A DNA stretch of 64,000 nt, taken from assembly GCA_045863395.1 (NCBI GenBank), contig BTVJ01000032.1, forward strand, positions 1 to 64,000, in the 5' to 3' direction. Position 1 is the first letter of the stretch, and each line of letters starts with the position of its first letter. The DNA comes from Myxococcales bacterium (GTDB lineage Bacteria > Myxococcota_A > UBA9042 > JABWCM01 > BTVJ01). The position numbers were made by a program, and so were the translations under genes. Below are positions 1 to 9,367 of the stretch, in pieces. The notes under the pieces are model-generated. The model was not told the origin of the DNA. It saw only the letters and a list, made by a program, of their open reading frames with translations, and did not search any database.

Positions 1-74
1 CCCCGTCGGACGGGGGGCGCGCGGCGGACGGCGCGGCGCTCGCTCTGCGCTCCGAACGGAGGCGGGGGCGGCCC

Positions 75-106
75 AAGGGAACAAGGGACCTAGGGCACCA
101 GGGACC
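75..106 (-). repeat. Four degenerate 8-nt tandem repeats spanning the FGE gene stop codon (IMH-like)
   Basis: Minus strand reads GGTCCCTG GTGCCCTA GGTCCCTT GTTCCCTT, followed by short hairpins CTCC-GAAC-GGAG (50-61) and CCCCGT-CGG-ACGGGG (1-15), both given on the + strand. Confidence 0.7.
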
Positions 107-2639
107 TGGAGCAGCGGAAGCCGAGGCCGGCGCCCGCGTCGGACGGGACGTGGCCGCCGCGATAGGACGCCCGCAGGAGAGAGGCGTCGTAGTAGAAGCC
201 GCCGCCGCGCCTGACCCGGTCGGAGCCGCTCCCCGGGCCCTGCGGATCGCTCGCCGGGCTGCTCCCGTACGAGCCTTTCCAGTCCGCCACCCACTCCCAC
301 ACGTTACCCGCCAGGTCGCAGAGGCCATGGGCGCTGTCACCCCCGGTCTTGGAGCACACCGGCCAGGTGCTGTTGCGGCCACAGCCGTTGCCTCCGTCGT
401 CCATGACCGCCCGCGCGCAGGTCGCCTTCTCATTCCCCCACGGGTAGCTCTGCGCTCGCCCCCCACTCCGCGCCGCGTACTCCCACTCCGCCTCCGTCGG
501 AAGCCGGCCCCCAGCCCACGCGCAGAACGCCTTCGCCTGGTTCCAGTCCACGCAGTTCACCGGGTGATCCTCCCGGCCTGACTTGCCCCAGTTGCAGTAG
601 GTGCCCGTCTCCGGCGCCGAGCACTTCCCCGCGTCCACGCACTTCCGGTACTCCCCCACCGTCGTCTCCGTCTTCGCCATCTGGAAGCCGCGCACCGTCA
701 CCGAATGCACCGGGCGCTCGTCGCTGTCGCCCTCGTTCGACCCCATCTGGAACGTGCCGCCGGGGATGCTCACCCACTGCGCGCCGCCCTTCGCCACCTC
801 CAGCGTCACGGTCCGCTTCTCGTTGTGGGCCAACGTCACCTGCGTCGTCGCCATGCCGTCCGGGCAGCGCACCTCCACCGCGTGGGCCGTCGCGATGACC
901 TCCACCTTCGCCGGGGTCTCGCCCACCTCGCGGCCGTCCACGAAGAGCTTGCCCTGGCACGGGGTGCCGCCCGCGTAGGACGACAGCACCGAGAGGAGCG
1001 CCAGCTTCGGCGCGAGGGACGCGCGCACCGTCGCCCGGCCCAGGCGGTCCACCGTGCCGCGCTCCACGGCCTCCCCGTGGCCGTCGAGCGCCAGGCGCAC
1101 CACGTAGACGCCCGGCTGGAGCGCCTCGAAGGTGTGGGGAGTCGTCTTGCCCGTCGGCGCGTCGTTGAGGGTGATCGCCGCGCCCCGGGGCTCGCTGTCC
1201 ACCACCAGCGCGCCGAAGTTCGCGTCCAGCTTCACGTGCCGGCGGGTGGTCTGGCCGTCCTGCACCGCCACCTGCTCCGTGTGCGGCAGGTAGCTCCCGT
1301 GGACCACGCGCAGCTCGTAGCCGCCCGACGCCTTCCTGTCCAACGACCACGGCGTCGTCCCCACCCGCTCGCCGTCGAGGCTCACCTCGGCTCCGCTCGG
1401 CTCGCTGGTCACCTCCAGCCGCCCGAAGGCCGGCGGCAGCTCCAGGTGGAGCTTCGAGCCCTTGGTCGTCAGCGCCACCTCCATGCGCGCCTTGTGGTAG
1501 AGCTTGCCCGCGTCCGCCACCACCACGTACCGGCCCGCCATCAGCTCCACCTGCAGCGGCGTCACGCCCGAGCGCTTGCCGTTGAGCAAGACCTCAGCCC
1601 CCGGCGGGGTCGACTCCACGAACAGGAAGCCCGTGTCGTCCGTCAGCGCGTTGGTGATGGTCTCCCCCAGGTCGAGGCCCACCCCCTCCTGGACCCTGCC
1701 TCCACCCACGCGGCCCGGCACGACCGGCGCGGGAACGGTCGTGCTCGACAGCACGAGCCGCGCCAGGTCGGGGCCCGCCTCGGCTCCGCGCCCGGGGCGC
1801 GACAGGGCGACGGTCGCGCTGCCGCCGCGCAGCTCCGGCGTCTGCGCCCGGTCGCGCACCATGGCAGACAGCACGCCCTTCGCGTAGTCCACCGCCTCGC
1901 GCGCCGTCACCTGCCCGTCGCCGCTCGTGTCGCCCCAGCCCCGCAGCGCGCCGAGCACCAGGTAGCTGAACGCCGGGCGGTCCGCGCCGGGCAGCGGCCC
2001 CGCGAACTCGTTGGCCTGGCCCGCCGAGAGCACCGTCGCCGCCGGGGCCACCGACAGCGCCACGGGCAGCAGCGGCTGGAGGCCGGGCGCCAGGGACGCC
2101 CCGGCCCCCGTGCGCCCGCTGAAGCACGCGTCGATGACCATGACCGTCTCCGCCTGCCGCCCCGCCGCCAGCACCCTGGTCAGCGCCCCCTGCGGCACGC
2201 TCCGCGCCTGGAGGCTCTCCGCCGTCTGCTGCGCGTCCACCCCGACCAGGAGCCCGTCCCGCCCGTCCCGCGACGGCGCCCCGTGGCCCACGAACACGAA
2301 CCACACCGTGCCGCCCGGCTCCGCCAGCTCCGCCACCTCGCCCGCCGCCTTGAGCAGCCCCTCGAAGGACGCCTGCTCGTTGCGCAACAGCCGCACCCGC
2401 GCCACGGGCACCCCGCGGGTCCGCGTCAGGAAGGAGTACCACGCCTGCGCGTTGTCCACCGCCCCGGCCACCGGCGGCACGAACGCGTACCGCTCGACGC
2501 CAACCACCAGCGCCGCGTCCCGCTCGCCGCCCCCTTGCGGCGGCGGCGGCTCCCCGAGGTCGGGCCAGCCCTGCGCCTTCACCGAGCCCGTCAGAGTCAG
2601 CACCGCGCCAAGCACCAGCCCCGCAAGCAGTCTCCGCAT
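90..2639 (-). CDS. Secreted caspase-like (peptidase C14) + PEGA repeats + C-terminal FGE-sulfatase/C-type lectin domain protein; candidate DGR target
   Basis: ATG 2639 follows GGAGGAG and begins a signal peptide (MRRLLAGLVLGAVLTL..AQG). Caspase dyad motifs FVFVGHG and IDACFSG; PEGA repeats (VESTPPGAEV, VTSEPSGAEV, VDSEPRGAAI); FGE motifs FQMGS, HPVNCVDW, RLPTEAEWEYAAR, DLAGNVWEW, GFRC. About 849 aa. Confidence 0.9.
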   Translation of the reverse strand: MRRLLAGLVLGAVLTLTGSVKAQGWPDLGEPPPPQGGGERDAALVVGVERYAFVPPVAGAVDNAQAWYSFLTRTRGVPVARVRLLRNEQASFEGLLKAAGEVAELAEPGGTVWFVFVGHGAPSRDGRDGLLVGVDAQQTAESLQARSVPQGALTRVLAAGRQAETVMVIDACFSGRTGAGASLAPGLQPLLPVALSVAPAATVLSAGQANEFAGPLPGADRPAFSYLVLGALRGWGDTSGDGQVTAREAVDYAKGVLSAMVRDRAQTPELRGGSATVALSRPGRGAEAGPDLARLVLSSTTVPAPVVPGRVGGGRVQEGVGLDLGETITNALTDDTGFLFVESTPPGAEVLLNGKRSGVTPLQVELMAGRYVVVADAGKLYHKARMEVALTTKGSKLHLELPPAFGRLEVTSEPSGAEVSLDGERVGTTPWSLDRKASGGYELRVVHGSYLPHTEQVAVQDGQTTRRHVKLDANFGALVVDSEPRGAAITLNDAPTGKTTPHTFEALQPGVYVVRLALDGHGEAVERGTVDRLGRATVRASLAPKLALLSVLSSYAGGTPCQGKLFVDGREVGETPAKVEVIATAHAVEVRCPDGMATTQVTLAHNEKRTVTLEVAKGGAQWVSIPGGTFQMGSNEGDSDERPVHSVTVRGFQMAKTETTVGEYRKCVDAGKCSAPETGTYCNWGKSGREDHPVNCVDWNQAKAFCAWAGGRLPTEAEWEYAARSGGRAQSYPWGNEKATCARAVMDDGGNGCGRNSTWPVCSKTGGDSAHGLCDLAGNVWEWVADWKGSYGSSPASDPQGPGSGSDRVRRGGGFYYDASLLRASYRGGHVPSDAGAGLGFRCSRSLVP

Positions 2640-2787
2640 CGCGCTCCTCCCCGTCATCGAGGGTCGTTCGTGCCCCATTCAATCACAGAGGGGGCGCGGT
2701 GGGAAGGGGGCGCGAGGGGCTCCGCGGTCCTGCCGCGCGCGCCAGAGGGCAGCGTCATGGCCGAGGTGCTTGCAGGTCACGGGGCCC

Positions 2788-2818
2788 GCAATTGACAAAT
2801 TGTTGCAGCAATTGCAAA
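2788..2818 (+). promoter_or_regulatory. AT-rich putative promoter/operator upstream of the AAA ATPase
   Basis: TTGACA at 2792-2797; GCAATTG repeated at 2788 and 2808; near-palindrome AATTGTTGCAGCAATT at 2798-2813 in a GC-rich background. Confidence 0.5.
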
Positions 2819-2847
2819 GTCTGACCTCGCAACCGGAGCCAATCTGC

Positions 2848-4296
2848 ATGGACGAGGACCTGCGAGAGCTGGTGTGGAGCGGAACGGCGGAGGCGAACCC
2901 GTGGTGGCGCACCGGGCTCGTGCCTCCCGAGCGCGGGGCCGTCTTTCGGCGCCACGCCTTCGACGCGATCTTCGCCACCCTGCGCGGCGCGGAGCGCGGT
3001 CGCGGGGTCGTGGTGCTGGGGCCGCGGCGCGTGGGGAAGACCGTGCTCGTCCACCAGCTCGCGGAGCAGCTCCTGCGCGAAGGCGTCCCGCCGAGGGACG
3101 TGTGGCTCCTGCCCCTCGACGACGTGGCGCTGCGAGATCGCGACATCGGGGAGCTGCTGGAGCTGATCCGGGCGCGGCTCGGAGAGACGGAGCGCGTGCG
3201 ATACCTGCTGCTCGACGAGGTCCAGCGCTCCCGCGACTGGTCCGGGTGGCTCAAGCGCATCGCAGACCGCCGGGACCCCTTCGTCTTCTTCGCGACCGGG
3301 AGCAGCGCCACAGCGTTGCGCCGCGGCGGCCAGGACGCCGGTCTCGGGCGGTGGAGGGAGATGACCCTCTTCCCGTGGTCTTTTCGCGAGCACGTCCATC
3401 TCCGGGGATTGAGCTCGTGGACCTTCACGCTGCAAGACGATCTGGAGGCCGTCGAGACCCCAGAGGAGCGGGACGCCGTGCTGAGGCGTCTGGGGCCGCC
3501 CCCGCCGGTTGAGATGGAGCGGCTCGAGGGCGCGCTCGTCGACTACTTGATTCGAGGCGGCTTCCCAGAGGCCGCTACAGCAGCGGACCCGGCAGAGGCG
3601 CGGCGGCGCCTGCGCCAGGACATCCTGGACCGCTCCCTGGGCAGGGACGTGCTCGACGTGGCGGACGCCGACCCGCGGACCCTGGAGCGGCTGTTCCTGC
3701 GGATCTGCCTCACGCCGGGCGGGCTCTGGAACGAGAGCGAGGTCTCCCGCGAGCTCCAGGTCTCGCGGCCGACCGTCGCACGCTATCTGCGCATCCTGGA
3801 GGAGGCCTTCCTGGTGTTCCGCTTCCCCAACCTGGCCAGCCCGGTGAAAGGGCAGCCCAAGGTCTATCTGGTGGCCCCGTCCCTCCGGCAGGCGCTGCTC
3901 GGCTCCACGGAGGACGACGTCCGCAAGCCCGAGGAGTGGGGGCGCCTCGTAGAGAACGCCATCGCCGCCGCGGTGACCGGCACACGCCCCGACGCAGCGC
4001 AGATCGGCTTCTGGCGACGGGGGGCCGACGAATGCGACGTCGTGGTCGTCGACCCCAGGAGCTCCGAGTACATCGAGGTGAAGCGCTCCGCCTCGCGGCG
4101 GGTGCGCGGCCCCGAGAGGGCCGCCGAGGCGCTCGGGTTCCCGGGCGTGGCGTCCATCCTCGGACGGGACCAGCGGTTCTCGTTCGTGCCCTCGACCGGC
4201 GGGACCGTCCGCTTCACCCAGCGGCTCCCCGCGGCCGCCTGGCTCTATGGCCAGCGCGCCGCCGCCGGGGGGACTCTGCGGCTGCGGCCGAGCTGA
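2848..4296 (+). CDS. AAA+ ATPase, AAA_14 + wHTH/DUF4143 type
   Basis: Walker A GPRRVGKT, Walker B LLLDEVQ, ATGSS, GGFPE, HTH (EVSRELQVSRPTVARYLRILEE) and a C-terminal ECD..IEVK nuclease-like motif. Start moved from ORF 2011 to ATG 2848. Confidence 0.85.
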   Translation: MDEDLRELVWSGTAEANPWWRTGLVPPERGAVFRRHAFDAIFATLRGAERGRGVVVLGPRRVGKTVLVHQLAEQLLREGVPPRDVWLLPLDDVALRDRDIGELLELIRARLGETERVRYLLLDEVQRSRDWSGWLKRIADRRDPFVFFATGSSATALRRGGQDAGLGRWREMTLFPWSFREHVHLRGLSSWTFTLQDDLEAVETPEERDAVLRRLGPPPPVEMERLEGALVDYLIRGGFPEAATAADPAEARRRLRQDILDRSLGRDVLDVADADPRTLERLFLRICLTPGGLWNESEVSRELQVSRPTVARYLRILEEAFLVFRFPNLASPVKGQPKVYLVAPSLRQALLGSTEDDVRKPEEWGRLVENAIAAAVTGTRPDAAQIGFWRRGADECDVVVVDPRSSEYIEVKRSASRRVRGPERAAEALGFPGVASILGRDQRFSFVPSTGGTVRFTQRLPAAAWLYGQRAAAGGTLRLRPS

Positions 4297-4360
4297 CGGC
4301 GGGTCCGGGACATCGGCGGGGAGCTGTGGGGTTTGGACGCAGGGCGCGCCAGGGCAAGGG

Positions 4361-5344
4361 TCAGCGGGTCGTGCAGCAGCGGTAGGGGAACTTGGTCGTG
4401 GTGGTGCCGGGGGAGGTCTTGTAGACGCCAGCGGAGCTGACGTACTCGCACCACGCGCCGCCGATCGCTGCAAAGAGCACCTCGTGCTGTCCGTCCGGAC
4501 TGCCGAACTTTGGGAGGGTGTCTGCCACGGACCCCGACCACTCCGGCTGCAGCGACACGTAGAAATCGAGGCCATCCTCCTTGGCGATCAGGCAGGCATG
4601 GAGAAGCTCCTGGCCAGTACACAGGCGCCTCCCCGCGCCGGCGCAGTCTCGCACTGCGTCAAAGATGTCGTCCTCGGCGCGCAGCGCCGGCTCCATGCAC
4701 GTCCCCGCGGACGCCTCCTTCATTCCTGGCGGGCATGGGCGCGGGGCCGCCCACTTGGCGTCGAGGTCCTTCGCCAGAGAGGCCAGGGCCGCCTCCCGAG
4801 CCGTGCCCCCCTGAACGGCTGCGGCAAGCTGCTCGGCCACTTCAGCGACCTTGGCCTCCGTGTCGGCCTGCCTGGCCTCGGCCGCCGCCCGCTTCGCCTC
4901 GGCCTCCTGCAGGGCTCCTTTCAGGGCCTCGACCTGCGCCGCCAGGGCCGCCAGCGCGGCGCCGGACTCGTCCAGCGCGCCCTGGACCGTGCCCGCGCCG
5001 GACGGGCCGGTGGTCGCCACGTCGGCCGCCGTCGGGGCGGGCGCATGCTCCAGCGTCTCCAGCCGCTCCGGCAGGCCGTCGAGCGTCTCACCGTGCGCCT
5101 TCACCTGCTCGTCGAGGCCGCCCACCGCATGCTCCAGGGCGTCGACGCGCCCGGACACCCCGGCGCTCCCCTGGCCCGCTGCCAGCTCGTCCAGCGCCTG
5201 CTGCACCGACGTCCCCGCGAGGCCGCTCAACGCCGGGTCGTAGGCCACCTCCGCCGCCTTGGGGCGCGAGCCGCCCTCTCCGTTGCAGCCCGGCGCGGCG
5301 GCCAGCGCTGCCACGGTCCACACCCATGAGACTCGTCGCATCAT
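4361..5344 (-). CDS. Lipoprotein with coiled coil and Cys-rich C-terminal lectin-like domain
   Basis: Lipobox-like AAPGC; repeated V.Y..SGL..VQ.ALDE motif; Ala/Glu-rich coiled coil; C-terminal CPPGM..C..GRRLC..EW..YRCC. Confidence 0.65.
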   Translation of the reverse strand: MMRRVSWVWTVAALAAAPGCNGEGGSRPKAAEVAYDPALSGLAGTSVQQALDELAAGQGSAGVSGRVDALEHAVGGLDEQVKAHGETLDGLPERLETLEHAPAPTAADVATTGPSGAGTVQGALDESGAALAALAAQVEALKGALQEAEAKRAAAEARQADTEAKVAEVAEQLAAAVQGGTAREAALASLAKDLDAKWAAPRPCPPGMKEASAGTCMEPALRAEDDIFDAVRDCAGAGRRLCTGQELLHACLIAKEDGLDFYVSLQPEWSGSVADTLPKFGSPDGQHEVLFAAIGGAWCEYVSSAGVYKTSPGTTTTKFPYRCCTTR

Positions 5345-5370
5345 GTCTTCTCACTCCGTTGCCCCGCTGC

Positions 5371-8300
5371 TCACCAGTGGGGGAAGGGCGCGGCCTCCCC
5401 GGCCGTCGCCGTCACCGCTGCGTCCACCACGAGCCCGAGCAGGTTCGCTGTCCAGGGGATGGGCGTCGCGCCGTCCGCCGCCACGGAGACCCCGAGCGTG
5501 ATCGTCTGCCCAGGCGGCGTCCACAGACGCACCTTGCGGACCAGCGACAGCCACGGCCGCACGAAGGCGGTCTTCTGGCACGCCGAGCACGGCGCCGGAC
5601 CCCCGACCGGGCAGTCGAAGCCGCACTTCTCCTGGTACCAGCACGTGGCGCGATCATCCAAGGGGTGCGGCGTCGCTGAGGCGCAGCCGTCACCGTCCGG
5701 ACGCACGTAGATGAGCCCTGTCCCGTAGGGCGCGTAGGGGAAGGGGTCGAGCAGGGGGCACGTCCCCGCGTAGCTGACGAGCACGTCGAGCCAGACGCTG
5801 GCGCCGGGGGCGAGCGACTGACTCCCAGCAAGGGGAGTGGGCACGCCCGCCGGAGCCGCCCGCACGGCCAGCGAGTACGCCGGAGACTTCACGTCCCGGC
5901 TCCAGGCCGCCGCAGAGGACGCGAGGTCGGCGCAGGTCCCGCCGTAGGAGGCCTCCCCGGCGTACAGCGTGGGCTCGTAGAGGCAGCCGTCGCTGGCGCA
6001 CAGCGCCGGCCCCGTGACGGGCGTCTTCGCGCCGTAGACCCGCTCGCCGGACACCGTGGCCCACAGCGGGCTCGTCAGCGCCTGGGGCGTCAGCACTCCC
6101 ACCTGGAGCGCCATGGGGTACGGGTTCCACAGCCGCACCTGGCGCACACGCACCGCGGTCGGGCTCGCACGAAACGGCTGGTGGGCAGTGCCCTCCGTGA
6201 GCGAAAACTCGAGCCCGGACTGCAACTGGAGCGCGGCCGCCACAGGCTCCACGATCACCGGCGGCGTGACCAGCTCCAGGGTGAAGGTCGCCGCCAAGGG
6301 GTCGCTGGCGTTGCCCGCCGCGTCCAGCGCGCGCACCTGCACGCCCGAGGGCAGCACGGTGGTCGCGCCGGGGACGCCCGGGCCCATGAAGAGGGCCGAC
6401 GCGAGCGGGAGCACGGTCCCCGGCAGGGACGCCCACGGGCTCTGCGCCTTGCCCGAGCCCGCGGGCCACAGGAAGCGGTACTGGAGCTCGAGCGGAGGCG
6501 CGCCCGGGACGGCCTCCGGGTCGGTGGCCTCGACGACGAAGGTGGGGACGTTCTGCTCGGTCAGCAGAGTCCCGTTCCAGAAGTCGATCCCCTGCGCCAG
6601 GCGGTGGGGGAACTTCTTGAGGGTGCCGCAGCTCGGCGAACACTTGATGCCCAGAATGTGGTCCTTCTTGACGTCCGGGCACGTATACGAGACCCCCTCC
6701 CCCACCACCACGACCTTGCACAGATCCTCCGGAACATACCCTTCGTCGAGCCCCCACTTCACCACCGGCTTCACCGTGTCGAGCAGCAGCTCCCGCACCA
6801 GGTCGTCGCTCTGGTTGCCCGCCCCGTCCACCGCCCGGACGCGGACCGTGTGAAGCCCCTGCACCGGCTTGCCGGCGTCGGTCAGGAACACCGCCGCGGT
6901 CCACTCCCACACGCCGGGCTGGGCGCCCGGCAGGAAGCCCGCGGGCATCCAGGACCCCCCGTCGATCTGCACGTGCACCTGCGCCACGCCGGACACGAGG
7001 TCCGTCGCCGTGCCGGCGAGGGTGACGCCCGGGCTGTTGAACCAGACCTGGTCCGCGGGCGGGGCCAGCAGGGAAAGCACAGGAGGCTCCAGGTCGCTCG
7101 TCACCACGAGCGGGAGCGCCTTCGAGACGTTGCCCGCCACGTCCCGCGCGCTGACTTCGACGACCGTCGGCACGCCGCTCGGAGCCAGGGGGAGCTCCGC
7201 CGTCCACCCGCCCGCTAGCCCGGAGGGCACCTCGATGAGCGAGCCTCCCTCTACCGCGAGCCGCACCGCCGCCACGCCGCTCGTGGCGTCGCTGGCCGTT
7301 CCCTGCACGGAGATCGCCGTCGATGGGTAGAACCCGCCCGCGATGCCCGGGGCCACCGTGACCACCGGCGCCACCGTGTCCACCCCGAAGGCGCGCTCCA
7401 GCGCAGCCTCATTGCCCAGCGTGTCCGCGGCCCGCACGGTCAGCGTCCGCCACCCGTCGGGGACCACCGCGAGGGTGGCGTGCCATACCCCATCGCCCAC
7501 CACGGCGGACACCTGCGGACCCCCGGAGACCTGGGCCCACACGGCGGCGATCCCCACGCCGTCGTCGCTGGCCGTCCCGGTGGCCAGCACCTCCGTCTCT
7601 GTGAGCCAGGCGTCCGAGGCGGGGGCGTCCACCCCGAGGGAGGGCGGGTCGGGGTCGTAGACCACCGCGCCGCTCACCTCCGCGGTGTTTCCCAAGCCGT
7701 CGGTGGCGCGGAAGGTCCAGGCGTGGGCGGCCGGCGCGGCATACGTCGCAGCAGCGCTGTACGAAGACCCCTCTGCGGCCACCTCCAGCGCCTCCCCGTC
7801 GAGGAGCACCTCCACTGTCGCCACGCCCGCCGCCAGGCCGCTCGACGGGAGCGGGTCGCTCACCTCCAGCAATACGCCGGCCTCTGCGACATTCGTCGCC
7901 CCCACCGCGGGGGCCACCACGACGAGCGAGGGCGCCGTCCGGTCCACGTGGATGCCAAGCGACACCGTGGCCACGTTGCCGTCCGGGTCCGACGCGCTCA
8001 CGGTGACCAGCGCCGCGCCATCCGGCAGCGCGTCGAGAGGGACCGTCCCTGCCTCCACCCGCTCCGTGGGCTCCACCACCACCGGGCTGAGCACCAGCGG
8101 CACCTCCACGGCCCCACCGCTCACCGTCCCCCACACCTCGGCCACGCCGCTCGCGTCGCTCGCCCGGACCCGCACCTGGGGCGCTGCGGCCAGCAGCGCG
8201 TTCGGCTCCGGCGTGGGCGGCTCCCAGACGAGGATTGGCGCCACCGGATCGAACGGGCGCGCCGGCTGCGTGGGCGGGTAGAGGGGGCCGTCGTCCAGCG

Positions 8301-9318
8301 CGAGGTCTTCGTAGAGCCCGCCGACAGCGAGCAGCGGCCCCTGGTCCAGCCCGGGAGTCAGCGCAAAGATCGCGCTCGCCAGCTCCCAGCGCGTCGAGTC
8401 GGCGGTCACGGGCTTGCCTCCGGCGACATGCACCGCCACCTGGCTCCCGTCCGCGCCCGGCCAGAGCCCGTCGAAGAGACCATCCCGCAGGTCGTAGGAC
8501 AGCGCCGTCACCACGTCCACCACCTTGACGTCGAGGCCGATGCTCGCAGACCACTGCTGCGCGAGCCCCATGAGCCCGAGGTGCGTGAGCCCGAGCACGG
8601 CCTGCGCCCCCACGAAGCTGCTCTCGCCAGGAAGCACCACCTCGAAGTTGTCGATGGCGTGGGGAGCCGGGCGCCACAGGTGGTCCCCGATGCGCACCCG
8701 CGCCATCTCGACGGCGAGGCTGGCGTCGTGCCCCTTCAGCACATAGCCCCGCGCGAGGCTCCGGGCCATGGTCGTCCACGCGTTGACGTTGAGCTGCTCG
8801 GGCAGCTTGGTCCCCGTGTCCGCGAGCGCCGAGAGGGCGTCGTCCACGTCGAACTTCTCGCTCACCTCGCCCGCCTGGTAGCGGGCCTGCACCCCCCGAA
8901 CCCGCACCTCCACCCGGCCGGGCGGCACCTCCAGCGCGAAGGTCCCGTCAGTGCCCGTCTTCCCGGTGGCGACCAGGTCGCGCGCCTCGAGAGTCGGGCT
9001 CAGCGTCCAGGCCTCCACCTCCGCCCCGGTGACGGGCCCGGTGAGCGCGGCGCGCCCGACGATGGTCACGGCAGGGCCAGCAAGGTCCGCCACGTCGCCG
9101 GCAGAGACGTCCACTGACGCGTCGCCCGCCGCGTCGCCCGCCGCGTGCCCATCGCCAGCGGCGACGTCCAGCAGCGGCACGTCGGCGGAACCGCCGGAGA
9201 CCGCGCCGTCCGCGCACGCGCCGCACAGCGCCAGCGCGAACACCGCCCGCCGTCTGCTTCGCGGCACGCAACCACGCCACATCACGATGGCCTCCGCTGG
9301 CCCGAGAGCCCCGCTCAC
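5371..9318 (-). CDS. Large surface lipoprotein with multiple bacterial Ig-like repeats
   Basis: Lipobox-like LCGAC; repeated D.T.P..V...G.A.D..SGVA.V...VRA.D.AGN units; Cys-rich C-terminus. Start could be GTG 9318 or ATG 9282. Confidence 0.75.
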   Translation of the reverse strand: MSGALGPAEAIVMWRGCVPRSRRRAVFALALCGACADGAVSGGSADVPLLDVAAGDGHAAGDAAGDASVDVSAGDVADLAGPAVTIVGRAALTGPVTGAEVEAWTLSPTLEARDLVATGKTGTDGTFALEVPPGRVEVRVRGVQARYQAGEVSEKFDVDDALSALADTGTKLPEQLNVNAWTTMARSLARGYVLKGHDASLAVEMARVRIGDHLWRPAPHAIDNFEVVLPGESSFVGAQAVLGLTHLGLMGLAQQWSASIGLDVKVVDVVTALSYDLRDGLFDGLWPGADGSQVAVHVAGGKPVTADSTRWELASAIFALTPGLDQGPLLAVGGLYEDLALDDGPLYPPTQPARPFDPVAPILVWEPPTPEPNALLAAAPQVRVRASDASGVAEVWGTVSGGAVEVPLVLSPVVVEPTERVEAGTVPLDALPDGAALVTVSASDPDGNVATVSLGIHVDRTAPSLVVVAPAVGATNVAEAGVLLEVSDPLPSSGLAAGVATVEVLLDGEALEVAAEGSSYSAAATYAAPAAHAWTFRATDGLGNTAEVSGAVVYDPDPPSLGVDAPASDAWLTETEVLATGTASDDGVGIAAVWAQVSGGPQVSAVVGDGVWHATLAVVPDGWRTLTVRAADTLGNEAALERAFGVDTVAPVVTVAPGIAGGFYPSTAISVQGTASDATSGVAAVRLAVEGGSLIEVPSGLAGGWTAELPLAPSGVPTVVEVSARDVAGNVSKALPLVVTSDLEPPVLSLLAPPADQVWFNSPGVTLAGTATDLVSGVAQVHVQIDGGSWMPAGFLPGAQPGVWEWTAAVFLTDAGKPVQGLHTVRVRAVDGAGNQSDDLVRELLLDTVKPVVKWGLDEGYVPEDLCKVVVVGEGVSYTCPDVKKDHILGIKCSPSCGTLKKFPHRLAQGIDFWNGTLLTEQNVPTFVVEATDPEAVPGAPPLELQYRFLWPAGSGKAQSPWASLPGTVLPLASALFMGPGVPGATTVLPSGVQVRALDAAGNASDPLAATFTLELVTPPVIVEPVAAALQLQSGLEFSLTEGTAHQPFRASPTAVRVRQVRLWNPYPMALQVGVLTPQALTSPLWATVSGERVYGAKTPVTGPALCASDGCLYEPTLYAGEASYGGTCADLASSAAAWSRDVKSPAYSLAVRAAPAGVPTPLAGSQSLAPGASVWLDVLVSYAGTCPLLDPFPYAPYGTGLIYVRPDGDGCASATPHPLDDRATCWYQEKCGFDCPVGGPAPCSACQKTAFVRPWLSLVRKVRLWTPPGQTITLGVSVAADGATPIPWTANLLGLVVDAAVTATAGEAAPFPHW

Positions 9319-9367
9319 GCGCCGTTCCTGTTGGTGCCTCCGATTCTCTGCTACTCCGGCGACCGGG

